Positions 1-13,009 of a stretch of DNA of 64,000 bases are shown one piece after another. Source of the stretch: Phaeosaccion multiseriatum (taxonomy: Eukaryota > Protista > Ochrophyta, other classes); assembly GCA_965112735.1 (NCBI GenBank), contig OZ218953.1, positions 868,001-932,000 on the forward strand, written 5' to 3'. How positions within the stretch are numbered: position 1 is the stretch's first letter; each line of letters begins with the position of its first letter. The position numbers and the translations under genes are program-made. The notes under the pieces are model-generated. The model searched no databases and was not told where the DNA came from. It saw nothing but the letters and a program-made list of their open reading frames with translations.

Positions 1-93
1 GAGCATTGTTCGGAGACAACGACAACACAGAGAAGCGCAAATCAGCACCAGAGCTTTTCTGGGGGGGGATGACGGGGATTGCTTGCTGCTTAC

Positions 94-609
94 CTTGGTG
101 AGAGCATCCTTGGGCATCTGATTCCGCGCGTACTCGTTGAACTCAGGGTTGATGTCAATGCCCACGGCCTGCTTGTACTCGCTGGCAATGCCCAGAATCA
201 CGTCTCCCGTGCCAGAGCCCACCTCCACAAGAGAGCACAGCTCGGCCCCGCCGCAGTGCTGCTTGGTGCGGCTGAGGATGAAGGACATTGTATCCTGGAA
301 CAGCTGGAAGAAGTACGAGCCCTCAAAGTACAGGCTGTCGTGCCACACATCGGCGCTCATGGCGGACCAGTCGCCCTTCTTGGTGAAGGTTTGCTTGGCA
401 GGGTCCAGGCCCTTGTCATCCTCCCCGGTGGTCTGCTCCTGCAGTTTGGCGATCTTCGCCTTGGCGTCGTCCTTGGCGCTGTTGACCGTCTTCTTGGCAT
501 CGACCTTGAGATCCTTGACGCCGTGCTGGAGGTCCTTCACCCCGCTCTTGAGGTCCTTCTTAAGGTCCTTGACACCATTCATTCCCTCCTCGTTCTTGAT
601 GAAATTCAT
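94..609 (-). CDS. Class I SAM-dependent methyltransferase, first exon (gene continues off the left edge of the window)
   Basis: Manual minus-strand translation from ATG at 609 gives MNFIKNEEG...LVEVGSGTGDVILGIASEYKQAVGIDINPEFNEYAR...KDALTK, followed by a GTAAGC donor at 93. Contains SAM motif I (E-x-G-x-G-x-G) and the post-I acidic GIDIN. Confidence 0.75.
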
Positions 610-1998
610 TGTTGCGTGGTGCGGAAAACTAACAAGTTGTCCTGGCCGTCAAATAGTTGGGGTTCTGCATTGGGAGGCACATGAGCGAAGAAACGAGCGC
701 AAAGGAGCGAGAGGGGATGAGAACAGGCCGTAATAAGTTGGTCTGGTCAATCTGGACCACGACCAGCCCCAGGATCAAAAAGCGAATCCAGACAAAAGTA
801 CAGCGCAAGTTTCACAGCAACCACGCAGGCGAGAAGCTATCATATAGGCACACAGTCCTCTGCAGATGCAGCCAGTTGCAGCCATCCGCAGCCTCTCGTT
901 CCAGACGCTATAGACTGATAGTCCGCACACCCAGAGAATGTGCCTCCCCTCTATTTGTGTCTCCCCTCCCCTGACCACCGCCAATGCCATCCCATCCCCC
1001 ACTCATGCACGACTACCAAAGGCTGCGCAAACACCCCCGCTTGCCCGCCCCAGCCCCCGCGCCCCCCTGCCGTCCATTCGCCTCATTCGGTTATTTTCCA
1101 CCACCACATTCCAGGCACACTTTTAAATTTCCCACCGTCCAAGTCCCCAAAAGCACAGCCACAGAGCAGCATCATGTCACATATAAGCAGGACAAGTCCG
1201 CAGCTCTCACCTTTTCTCTCACTACTGTAATGCTTTCTCTCTACCTTCAACAATGTCTGGTTTTAACTGACCCGCCATCCTTGCCACAGAAAAGGACCCC
1301 CGGGGACCGTTGAAGTTGGGTTCTCACACCCAACAACAGGACAGAACTTGCACGTGGAAAAATCTTTGGGAAGTGAGCAAAACACGCCTCCAGAGCCACG
1401 TATTCCAGCAAGAAGGGCATTGATTGCACTTGAGGGGCAAGAAGCAAAGTTACCGTTCACCGTGATCACGATTTTCTCGGGCTCCTTTCTGGCCGCAGGC
1501 TAGCGCTGGCCGGACTCTGCTTCTGGCTGCTCAGGCTGGGACAACAAAAAAAAATAACTGGGTGGGGTGTGTTGGGGGGGGGATGTCTGGGAGTTTTTTT
1601 TCTTCTTTGTTTACACCCAACCAATCAACCAGGATCGTATTTCCAGCTGGTACTGTATTTTCACTCAATTCACTCAACCGTTCTTTTCCCCACCAAGGTG
1701 ATGCTGTCAAATGACTCTCCAGCGCTCGGCTCCTTACATTACGTGCCTGTCCGGGCCAGCTCCTCTGGCCGGTCCTCAGATGCTCCCCCCCCCTCCCCTC
1801 ACCCCCTCCTCAGTCCTGCTGGACTACTCAAACAAGCGACATAGCTACGTAGTACTTACTCCACCACGTGAGGCGCGCTCTGCTCTGCTGCTGCCACTAA
1901 ACTATCTCCCCCCCAAGTCCTCCGCCTGCTGCGGCTACCGTATCACCAACTGCCGCCCGCTGCTGCCCCCTCCTTCGCCTCGCCTCGCCTCGCCAGGC

Positions 1999-2563
1999 CT
2001 AGGCTCTGAGCCCGCCCACGGCATCGATCATGTTCATAACGAGATCGAGGTCGTCCTTCACCGCAGGGGTTCGAGACGTGGAGATGCCGTTCAGGTACAG
2101 CACCGCCCCAAAGGCGATGTATGTGACAACGAACATGAGGGGAAACGTGATGATGGGCTTGAGGTACCAGGGTGCCTCCTCCCCCGTCTGTCCCTCGAAG
2201 AGCCCGAACACGTAAATGGTCTTGACCCAAGCGATGAAGCCTTCGATGCCCCCTGCATCGTCCGCCTGCTTGGCCTGGACAATATGCGAGAAGAGAGAAG
2301 AGAGAAAAGGGGCACAACAAGACAACAAGAGTAAGGGTCAGAATAGAAGAGAAAGGGGTAAAAAAGAGGAGCCCCTTCAACGGGCCCATGTACGTTCATC
2401 GTTTCAACCCGAGACACGGGGCGCCAGAGAGAGAGAGCGAAGGCGGCGAAGGTCAGTACAGCACCGAGCAAAAAGAACCCAAGAGTTGCAGGTTGTCCAT
2501 CATGCGGAAAAAAAACCCTCCCCATCAATTTGTACTGGGGCGGGTGGAAAGGGAAAAACAAGT

Positions 2564-2599
<36 letters not shown>

Positions 2600-3964
2600 C
2601 TTCCCTTCTTCTCCTCACTCCTTCTACTCTTTCTTCTTTGCTCCACTCCCTCCCTCCCCCACTCACCGCCGCGTCCTGTCTCTTGGCGAACTCCGAGGCG
2701 ATGGTGGCGGGGGTGCGCGGCGTGAGGGGCTCCGAATCCGCGAAGGTGGCAGGGTTCATAATGTTGCCCTCGTTCTCCAGCACTGACACTTCGAACTCCA
2801 GCTGGGCCCCGGGGGGAATGACGGGAGTCACGCCCTCATCTCCATAGGCGTAGCGAGAGCTACATGTGAAGCGGGCGCGATCGCCGACCTTCGCCGTGCA
2901 GACAGGGAAAAGGGGTGGTTGGTTGGTTGGTTTGGTCGGTTTGGTCGTACAAAAGGAGCAGAGAGTTCAGACGCAAACAACAAAGGGAGAAGGGGAAATG
3001 CAGTGATGGGCGGCGTAGCGAGAAAAGGGGAAGAATGCGAGGTGCGTTCAGGGTCATGTGGAGACGGGAGATCACTGCCGCATGCAGCAGCGGTGCTGTA
3101 TGAAAATGACATTAGTGAACACACTGTACAGACCCATACACACACACACTGCCTACAGTGCGCCTCTGCGGTATCACGCAGGCCTCCTTGCCTCACCCGG
3201 AGTCCATTGAGTCCAATGTCCCAGCCGCTGATCATCGTGCCATCCCCAAGAGTGCAGCGGTACTCATCCGCCTGTCAAGGGGAGCAGAGAAGGAACGCGT
3301 GGGTGGGAGATAGAGAGAGGGGCGGGGGGAGTAGGCAAGCGCACAGCAAGAGAGGTGGGGGTTGGAGCGTGTGCGAACGCCTCGAAGAGAGGAGGGAGGG
3401 CAGCGGGTGCCAAGAAGACGGCGTTGGAGGTATCCGAGCGGAGTTTGATCCAGTGCCTCGCTTCGCTTAGAAGCAGCAGATATACACGCGCACCTGTGCG
3501 AACTCGGCGCCCGTGTCCTGCACTTTTGCTGAGTACGACAGCAGCGCAATGTCCCCTGTGGTCAGCTGCCGCCCAGTGCCGGACTGAATCACTTCCCTCG
3601 TTACGCCCCCGTCACCGCTGAGATCAATCATGGTACCAGAAGAAAGAGAAGGAGCCGCAGCACCCGGTGCAGCCATCGAAGACATGCTCATCATTCTCGC
3701 TCCTCTTCTCCTGCTGGGCCTGCCGCCAATGGCCCGTCCCCCACTCACGCAGCTGTGTAAGCAGCCCGCACTTCTTCCACTGCTATCCTCTGCGAAGCCA
3801 CCGCTCCGGAGAGGAGCATGGGGTACTGGCTGAGCGAAGGCGTCTACTACAAGTGAGTGGGGCTGCTGCAGCTGCTGGTGAACCAGGCAGACCGCAACAG
3901 AGGCCGCCACCACCAGAGAGGTTTGGAGGGCATACAACATGATTCCGGTCCTTTGTCTTTTCAC
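1999..3964 (-). CDS. Plastid-targeted FKBP-type peptidyl-prolyl cis-trans isomerase with a C-terminal membrane segment (4 exons)
   Basis: Spliced pieces read IDLSGDGGVTREVIQSGTG..YSAKVQDTGAEF | YRCTLGDGTMISGWDIGLNGLR | VGDRARFTCSSRYAYGDEGVTPVIPPGAQLEFEVSVLE, which is the FKBP consensus. N-terminal signal peptide ends ...VVDAF. Last exon contains hydrophobic IITFPLMFVVTYIAFGAVLYL. Confidence 0.9.
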
Positions 3965-4257
3965 CCCTCGTGCGCTCCTTTCTCCTTCAAGTAGGGGACC
4001 GTCCCTTCCTCTCTTCCTCTCTTCCTCGCGTATGCTTGACTTCTATCAAAAAAATGAGCGCTGCTCCAGGATTCCTAGGAAATTGGGTCTTCAGCGACCC
4101 AACTTGAATCGCCTAAATTCTAAATTGCGATATCAAATTGTAATTGTAACCATGTAGGAGGCGCGTGATGGAGCGATTTGGTTGTTGAGTGGGAATCAGT
4201 GGCCGAAGAGGGGGGAGGGGAGCGAGGAGGAGAGGAAGAAGGCACATGTCGGCCGTT

Positions 4258-4441
4258 CCCCAGACGTGCTATCGTGGATCGTCGACTATCGACCACATTC
4301 TCGATAGCATGCTATCGGCCGCCGGCCGATAGCAGATAGCACAGCCGGCGATAGCAGATAGCACGCTATCGGGCGCCGGCGATAGCAGATAGCACGCTAT
4401 CGGGCGCCGGCGATAGCAGATAGCGGATAGCACGTCAGGGG
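4258..4441. repeat. GATAG-rich palindromic MITE-like element, copy 1
   Basis: Terminal inverted repeat ccccagacgtgctatc (4258-4273) / gatagcacgtcagggg (4426-4441), 15/16 match. Internal tandem gccggcgatagcagatagc units. Confidence 0.65.
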
Positions 4442-4974
4442 TCGACCGCTAGAGGCAAAGACTTATCCTTTCAAGCCTGGGGTCTATTCTATTCAGTAGG
4501 GGGGGGGGGGGGGTATCGCCTCTCTTCACCTTTTGACACCTCCTCTACCCTGCTCCTCGCCAGCAACAAGTGGTGTTCTCTCACTCTCGCGACGACGCGG
4601 GACGTCCATCTAGACTCTATATCGACCGACTTTGCCTCTCGCGTGTCTGACCTTTCCCAAAAAAACAAACCTATGGCCCTCACCCAACCGCCCGCCTAGC
4701 CATCAGACGAGAGAAACGCCGTTCTCCTCTCCGCCTGAAGCCAGAAGCCGGAGAAGCCCTGTCTGGCTGGGGCGGAAGGACATGCATCCAGGAGGGCTCC
4801 GTAGCGCTTCGGGAGATACAAAAGAGAGTAGCCTATCTCACTCCAGGGGCTCTTTGCTGCGTAACCGGAAAGCTCCCCCCCACCCTTCTCCTCTTCCTTG
4901 GGCAAGCAAGCTACGCCTCCCTGGGGTGCTTTGAGCCTGGGTTCTTGGCAATGACAGCACTTTCACACTTCAAG

Positions 4975-5768
4975 CTACAGCCTGGAGCGGCGATCTCTCG
5001 CCTTCTTGTACCCTTCTCCGTCTTCGGCGCTCCGTTCATCGCCAAGCCACACCGCCAACGCCTCTCTCGCGGCTCGTCCTTCCACTTCCTCTCCTCCTCC
5101 TCTCTCCCCCTGACCTTCCCATCCTTCTGCTTGCCGATTGCGGTCCGGTGCCGACCTCACCCTGCCCCTTTGGCGGAACCACAACAGGCCAGAGCTGATC
5201 CTGCCGCTACCTGGTGCCAGTGGCGAGATGGCCCCTCTTCCAGGAGTCAAAGACGACGAAGGAAGATGGAGGGTGCGACTTGAGCTGCTGGCAGAGTGGT
5301 CCACGCCCCAGCGTACGCCCCCGTGGGGTAGGAGGACCGCCACAACACGAGCTCGGATGTAGCCAAAGCGACGGCACACGGTCAAGAGTGGCAATCTGTG
5401 CCGCCGCCGCTGCTGCTGTGGCTCCTGATTCTGCCCAGTTTCGGTACGCTCCTGACGCTGCTGCGGTCCATTGTCCTGCTGCTGTCGCCACTGGGTAGTG
5501 TCGGTAAGGGGCTCCAGAATTGCTACCACAGGGTTGGGGTCAGCGCCCTGTTGGTACACAGACCGGTTGGTTAGTCAGCCCTTCAAGAAGAGAGAGGAAG
5601 AAAAGAAGTCGCGTCTAAGTCTTTACTGACCTCCAAGAGAACGACTGCAACATTGATGCCGGGCCAGGCCCTGCCGATTTTCTCGGCACAGCGCACACCC
5701 TGGCTCCTCCGGCCGGCAACAATGCACACATCGACCGTGTCTGTAGCCTCCCAGGATGTAATGATCAC
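4975..5768 (-). CDS. Hypothetical protein (probably spliced; boundaries uncertain)
   Basis: Coding-like segments IITSWEATDTVDVCIVAGRRSQGVRCAEKIGRAWPGINVAVVLLE and GADPNPVVAILEPL...RLPLLTVCRRFGYIRARVVAVLL are separated by a plausible GT-AG intron. No recognisable domain. Confidence 0.3.
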
Positions 5769-6119
5769 TGCTTACTTGGAAGGGAGATCGCTGTTGCAAG
5801 GTCACTTGGAAGAGAGCAAAGAGAGAGAAGAGGGAGGGAGAGGGGGGGAAGACTCTAAGGATGAATAAAATAGAAGAAAGGAAAAAAACCAGTTTCAGTT
5901 CCAGTTTCAGCTTCGAGTTGTTACAGAATTTTGATGTGTGTGCTCTGCCACTGTTTGATTTAAGCCCTGAGGCCCTCAAGACATGCCACCAGCTTGATTT
6001 GTTTGCTCAGCGACGCTCAGGGAAGAAGGGGGGGAGGGGGAGGCAGGAGAGCAGAACATAACGAGGGGGGGGGGAGGAAAGGGAACGGGAGTGGGCTTCC
6101 AAGGGATTAGGCGTTCATC

Positions 6120-7326
6120 ATGCCGGTAGAAGTGATGAGCCGATCCATGAGCGGCGTGCTAGCAGCCACTCTGGGGACCGGAGAGCGCACAAGGAGTCGT
6201 CGCACGCTGATGGACTCTTACAAGACCACCATTCAATCGGCGCCCTGCATTGGCTTCGGCACGGGCTCTCGGCCAGCGCTCATGGAGCCTGGGGACAGTC
6301 CAGGCCCGGGAGCGTATGTGATCAAATCCACGCTGTACAAAAATCCCTCCTCAGCGCTCCGAAGTCCTCCTTCCTTCAGCATGCGAGGGAGGGAGAAGTT
6401 CGGCTCGCCGAATCTAAAGTCCGTAGATCCGACGCTGAAAAACGAGCCTGGGCCAGGTGAGCGCGTGGGAGGGGTGAAGGCCAGGGGGACAGCCAGTGAA
6501 GTGCTCTCATCATCGTCACGACGCAGACGGGCAGGAAGCGAGCTCCCCCACTCTTTCATCGAGAGACCATACTTTGACTTTGTTGTCGCCTTGCCCATCT
6601 TTCCCCCACGACACGCACCCCCTCGACCATGATGTGCAGGGCACTACAAGCTTCCGAAGAGACACATGGCCAGTCCGTACCCTCCAGAGTACACCTTCCC
6701 TAAGGACCCGGGGCCGTGGGCTGCGAGCGGGCGCGTGAACATGTCTCCTGGGCCAGGCCAGTACACAATCACCTCGGCTGTTGGCACGCAGGTGCGCTCA
6801 TGTCAATGATCAAGGCTCTAGGTCAGGGGGGGGGGTTGAGCTGGGCCGGCTCCTACACAAGTATGCACGCACGCACGCACGCACGTACGCCATTTCTCCT
6901 CTCCTTGCCCTCTGCTCGGGTTGCCAACATCCGAATGTATGCCATTTGTTCTTTTCATTTCAGGTGCTCTCGACCAAGAGAAGCTGTAGCAAGTTTGGCT
7001 TCGGGACGGGGGAGCGACCAGAGCTCATCCAAGTGAGCACCGCAGACGTGGGGCCCGGGGACTACAAGACAGTAGGGGGGTGTGGGGAGAAGCAGATGGA
7101 CAGCAGGAAGAAGAACCTTTCCACAGTGCGCTTCGGACACTCGGCGCGCAAGGCCAAGGGACAGAAGGGAGCAAAGACAGTGCCCTTGGAGGACGATGAC
7201 GCGGTTCCGGGGCCAGGCAGTTACGAACTCCCCTCTTGGCAGAGTAACGGAGCCGGTAACCCATATACCAAGGCCCCGAGGACGTACATTGCGGGACGGG
7301 TCAAGTTTGGCAGCCCCTTCTCATAG
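6120..7326 (+). CDS. SHIPPO (sperm-tail PG-rich repeat) / ODF3-like ciliary microtubule-associated protein (3 exons)
   Basis: Repeated (S/E/V)PGPGxY motifs (SPGPGAY, EPGPG|HY, SPGPGQY, VGPGDY, VPGPGSY) with FG/FS spacers. Introns at about 6458-6639 and 6792-6963. Confidence 0.85.
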
Positions 7327-7831
7327 GAGTTTGGAGAGGGTAGACCGTGTAGAAAGCATACCACTACCATACCCAAGTTCACGTGTACCCAAATACCCAA
7401 CTACATGTACCGGAGTACGTTCGGCGGGCTTTGAGTGGGCGGAATCAATCAATAAGGTGCCGTTTCGTGCCGTGCAGTGCCGTGCCGTGCCGTCCCACAC
7501 CGACGCTACGGTGATGCTTGCTGCTTTGTCGTGGTTGCGGGGTCCATCAGGCCGTGAGGCCATGCGTGCCACCGCACCTCCGCCGCGGCTATGTAAAGAT
7601 AAGAGAGGGCTGCCATTGGGTGCACGTGCCCCCTACTTTAGCAGTCGCTCTGATATTTACTTACATAAATCATTCCCTCTTCCATTCCCTTCCCCTTCAC
7701 TTACACTTACTACAGTTTGGATTTTTGTCACCATCACAGATGGGTTGGGAGGGAGAACGGGATTCGGTGTGAGGCTCTCTTCCTGCTCTGGGGCGGAGCC
7801 GCCGCGAGACGACGCCCAGCGTGGTGTTGCC

Positions 7832-8012
7832 GAGGCGGCAAACTCCTCCACCGGCGGTGGTCCGGTTGCGGTAACGGACGGGGCAGCTGCCACTGCCTCT
7901 CCATGCTGTGACAGCAGGGAGTGGCAGTGCGATCCAATGTAATAGGCGCTGCGGCAGCTGCCCCGTCCGTTGCCGCAACCGGACCACCGCCGGTGGAGGA
8001 GTTTGCCGCCTC
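7832..8012. repeat. 60-bp inverted repeat forming a long hairpin
   Basis: Arms 7832-7891 and 7953-8012 are reverse-complementary at 59/60 positions. Confidence 0.9.
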
Positions 8013-8413
8013 TCACTGTTGAGACTCGAGCCAGTGACACCTCTGTCTCAGTAGAAACGTGGCGCGCTGCCAGAGAGACGGCCTACTCCTTACTCCGTAC
8101 TCCCGCCTGGGGAGGACAACAACAAAGTAGTGTCCAACGAGCCCCTGCTCCTTTGTATGTCGGCCAGTGTCGAATGCCTTTCAGCGTTCTCCGTGCTCAC
8201 TGTCTATAGCCCTCTTACGAGACCGACTGGCGAGTAGAAGCCTCCGCCTCCGCCACACGTTGCTCAACGAGGGCACGAGCGCTTTGCTCCTGCCAAACAC
8301 AAGGACATCAAAGCACGGGCGGGGGGGGGGGGGGACACACCACAGAAGAGAGAGGGTGAGAAGAGGGAAGGCGATGCTATAGAAGCATAGAAGAAGAGGG
8401 GAAACAGAAAGCG

Positions 8414-8767
8414 CTAGTGAGTAAGAAGAAAGACGGGAGGTGTGGTCAGGCAGTCAGGCCAAGATGGATTAAAACCCACCCACCCACACACATACACACA
8501 CGCACATGTACCATCTACCTTTAACAGTCGAGAAGCGCAAAGGTCCCCTAGCATCATGGACATGGCTTGTGTAGGGACGGAGGGAATGGTGGGGGCCACT
8601 GACGCGTCGGCGACTCTGAGCCCAACCACCCCATGTACGCCGAAGGATGAGGGGTGCACCACAGACAACAAACGGTCGGTGCCGGCACGACAGGAGCACG
8701 CCGGGTGGAAATAGGTCCTGAGCAGGCAAGGAGGGAGGGTTGATTGATCAGTCATGTCATTATGGTA

Positions 8768-8850
<83 letters not shown>

Positions 8851-10947
8851 AATAATGATAATGATGATGATGATGAGAGTTTACTTGCTCGGTGGTGCCA
8901 ACAGTGGAGGACAGACCACACCACATGGATGTAGGAGCAGGGGCCTAAGGGGCTCAACGCAACGCACCACAAGAAGCTCTTGGCCCACTGGCAGAAGCCC
9001 TCCTTGTCTCCGTCCATCACGGCTGCTGAAGGCAAGAGAGGGTCGCCCACCCAGGGCGACTCCTGTCCCTCCTCTTCCTTGGCCATGGCCTCTTTCAGTC
9101 CCCTGAATGTCTGCCACAGAGTCTCCCAGTCCTCCCCGTGCTCGTCGGAGAGATACCTGCAGGCGCGGTACAGCAGCACAATAGCACGGGCAGGGAGGGA
9201 GGAGCAGGGACGAGACAGGACAGGCAACATGCATGAATACGCACCAGGTTAGACGAAGGTGTGTGCTGCATTGGCACGGAAGGAAGTAAGGGAAGCGTAC
9301 AGACGAGGTGGAGGCGCCCGCACTTGCCTGGGATCGACGACGGGAGGCAGGAGGGGGTCGAGGCCACGTAGCCGCACTGTGCCCTCACTCACAGGGTCCA
9401 CCAACGTCGCGAGGACCACCACGCATTGGCGAAGCAGGTGGGCAATGTAGGGAAGGGCGAGGATGCAGCGGAGAATCATCCTGATCAAAGCCCTCATCAC
9501 GGCGTGGAATACGCCGAGATACATGAAGGGGGTGGTCAACATGGTGACAGAGCCTGCGGCAATACCCCATGGCGTCGCGATTAACGCGGCTAACTTCTTT
9601 CTCTTCTTCGCCCCCCCCTGTTGCTGTTGCTGTTCTTGCCCCTCTTGTGTGTCCGTGGGGTGTAACGTCCACTGCACGAAGCCTTGCACATCAGATGGGG
9701 TCCTTTCCCCCAGGCACTGCTGTCTCGTAATCTTCTTGTTGCTCTTCCAGCTAAAGCTCAAAATGAGGTGATCCTTGAGATGGCACCCCACGGCCGGCAA
9801 GTCCCTCACCACCTCTACCCCCACCTCCTCCAAGTGCTGGCGAGGGCCAAGACCGGACAGCATCAAGACTTTGGGTGTGTCAAACGCCCCGGCGCAGAGA
9901 ATCACCTCTGCGACCGTCGCAGCAGCATCGGTAGCAGCACCCACACCAGAGGTGGTAGACGAGAGGAGACGCAGGCGCAGCGGTCGTCCATTCCGCATCA
10001 CTTCCACTGACGTGACCCTCAGCGACGGAGGCGGTGCCTGTGCCCCTGCACTGGTGCTCCCTCGACTAGCTGTGGCGGCGGCGGCGGCGGCGGACTCGCT
10101 ATCCTGCTGCTTGTCGTGCGGCCCCACCGCCTCCTGCCCATCCGGCGGCGTTAGGGGCGTCACCACAAGCTTGGTCACGACACAGCTGGACATGATGACC
10201 AAGTTCGGCATAGCGAGGATGGGTTTGATGAAGGCGTCCCACGCCGACTGCCGCGTACCGTCGTTGTTGATGGTGGTGTTGGGGAACCTCCGCAGCACGC
10301 CGTCGTCCATCCAAGACGCCCCTTCTTTGGGCTGCTCCGGCGCCCGTCCGAAGCCCCCCTTCTCGAACATGGCGCACTGGGCCGCAGCCACACCCATTGC
10401 CTCGGCGTGATCAAGCGCTTGACAGTCCTCCACATTCTTAAAGCTCCGCTCAATCTCTTGCATAGGCCAAGGCCATTGTGCATAGTCCTCCTTCTTGCCC
10501 CGCGCATACAGCCCGGCGTTGACGGCGGTGCTCCCACCCCCTCCCACACCTCGCCACGCGGGAAAGACGCGACCGCCCACCGCGTCCTGGGGCTCCGTTC
10601 GGTAGTCGCGCACAATCGTTGGACCCCTGCTCCCTTGGCGACCACCCCGTCCCCCTTTTTGGAAAATCTGTCAAGCGGGAGAGCATGTGTTGGCAGCAGC
10701 AAGAGTTAAAAAAACAGCCGTTAAAGAGGGGAACACCATTGTGTTGGCCTGCGAGTGTACCGTCTTCTCGCACCTGCATCCAGTCCCTGGTTTTGGAGGA
10801 GACTGGGCAAACCGTCTTGGTGTCATCCTCTCCTGCCTCCAGCAACAGCACCCTCAGTCCAGCTCGCACCAGCTGAGACACAAGAGCACAGCCCGAGGCG
10901 CCTGCCCCGACGACAACCACATCGCTTCTCACAACCTCTTCTTCCAT
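8414..10947 (-). CDS. GMC (glucose-methanol-choline) oxidoreductase, multi-exon; 3' end uncertain
   Basis: FAD-binding [20 protein letters not shown]; [19 protein letters not shown]; [37 protein letters not shown]; DP|RYLSD; C-terminal [31 protein letters not shown]. Confidence 0.92.
8768..8875 (+). repeat. (GAT)n microsatellite inside a GMC intron
   Basis: About 35 tandem GAT/AAT units, directly visible. Confidence 0.95.
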
Positions 10948-11057
10948 TCGCTTACTGCAACTTACTGCTTTTTTTTCTATCATTAGCTTACTGCTTTTGG
11001 CGCTGCCGCGCTTGGATCCAATTTTTAAATCCTGCAGCACTTTGGGAGGGTCGCAAG

Positions 11058-12976
11058 ATGAGGCAATACCTCTTGCTGCTACTGCTGCAGCTGCCTGCTG
11101 TCATAGGCCTCTTGCCTGTTACACCCGTGGTAGTTGGAGCATTTGGGAATCGTCCCCTTCACCCGACCTCAGGCACACATGGATACGCTGGGGACAGCAG
11201 CAGGGGAGAGCCTGTTGCTCTTCCTTTGGTTAGACTCAGTGCTGCTCGCGTGCTTGTTTTGGATCCGGTGAGCACGGCAGGCGTGTCCGCATTGGAGGAG
11301 AGGGGCTTTGAGACGGACGTTCGGGAGGGGCTCACGGATACCGAGCTCGCCGAAGTGTTGGACAGTTACGATGCGCTCATTGTACGCTCTGCGAACCAAG
11401 TCACGAGGGGGATGATGCAGAGAGCAAGGTAAGTCAGTGTGCATAGCGCCACTCGTGCGCAAATTTAGACTGAAAGCACTCATGTGGGAGCAAATCCTCC
11501 CCCCCCTCATTTCCGCCAAAAGGCGTATTGCGTGCATAGGGCGAGCAGGGACGGGAGTGGACAACATCGACCTGGAGGCGGCTGCAGAGCTCGGGATTCC
11601 CGTCGTGAACTCCCCTACAGGAAACTCTGCCGCCGTAGCAGGTGAGCAAAACGAGACCCAGTGGTGCTGTGCTTTTCAAATGTACCTAGAGACGCAGTGC
11701 ACGTCTTTTTCTCCTCTGTCCCTCCTTCAAGGCTTTAGCTCAGCCTCACCCGCCTCCTCCTCCTCCTCCTCCTCCTCCTCCTCCTCCTCCTCAGTCTCAC
11801 ACTCTGTTCCTCTCTCTCTTGTGTGACACCCACCTTTTTCGTTTTCTTCCCTCTCCCTCTTCATCTTACTCGCCGAACAGAGCTCGTCCTTGGTTTGATG
11901 CTGTCTGTCGCCCGCCGCATCCCGGCTGCGCACCAAAGCATCGCCAAAGGAGAGTGGGCGAAAAAATCCCTGTCTGCCACGGGCCAGTCTCTAGCGGGAA
12001 AGACTCTCGCCATCATTGGACTTGGAAGCATCGGTTGTCACGTGGCAATGCTGGCAAAAGGTGATGAGAAAGATGTGTGACGTCTTGCGGCAGGCAAGGA
12101 AGGCGAGGGCGTGCACACGTGGCTTCGAAGCCGTAGATGGGAGGAGACCATGCCCCTTTTCCAACTATTGCTTTGTTTCGTTCTCACCCAATTACCCCCG
12201 CCCCCCACCCTCCCTCGCCCCTCTTGTTTCTCGACACCCGCGCAACAAACACAACAGCCTTCGGTATGAACGTCATCGCCTTGGCCTCCTCCTCCCCCTC
12301 TCCGTCAGGAAAGCCGACCAAGGCGGAGAGTCTTGGTCTCGAGGTGGAGACTCTTTCCTCCCTGCCCGCCCTGCTGAAGCGAGCAGACTTCCTCTCCCTC
12401 CACGTACCTCTCACTGGCAGGACCTGCGGCTTGATCGGCGACGATGAGCTGCGCATGATGCCCCGGGGGGCTGTGGTGATCAACGCTGCCAGAGGCGGTG
12501 TGGTCGATGAGGAGGCACTGTTGGCGTGCCTGGAGGGCACAGGCGAAGGAGGAGGAGGGCACCTCGGCGGCGCGGCGCTGGATGTGTACTGCAAGGTAAA
12601 GAGACGTCAAGTGGGAGATGGGAGGGAGGGGGTTGAGGGGGGGGGGGGGTCCATGAGGTGCGTATGGCAAGGCCAGGTAGAAGAGAGGGGGGGGTTGTGA
12701 TTGTCCCTTCTGAAGCTCCAGTGAGGACAAGCTCTAGAGAAATGTCTGACGCTGTCTCGGTAGTGTCCATGTCTTTCTACCTCTTTTTTCTTCTTCTTTC
12801 TCTCTGTCTCTCTGTCTCTCTCTCTCCGTCCATAGGCCCATCTCCCTCGCTCTCTCTCGCACACAAGCACACACATGTACACATTCACTCACTTGTGAGG
12901 GACAAGTGGCGTGAGAGGCCTCTCTCGAGTCCTCCAACCTCGTTCTCAACTGTGCGATTCCTTGGTCCTTTCCATC

Positions 12977-13009
<33 letters not shown>

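Noticed and set aside
79-733. Two ~200-aa plus-strand ORFs
   Set aside because: Antisense shadows of the minus-strand methyltransferase exon.
8740-9106. Poly-Met / poly-Asp / poly-His ORFs
   Set aside because: Translations of an intronic (GAT)n microsatellite.
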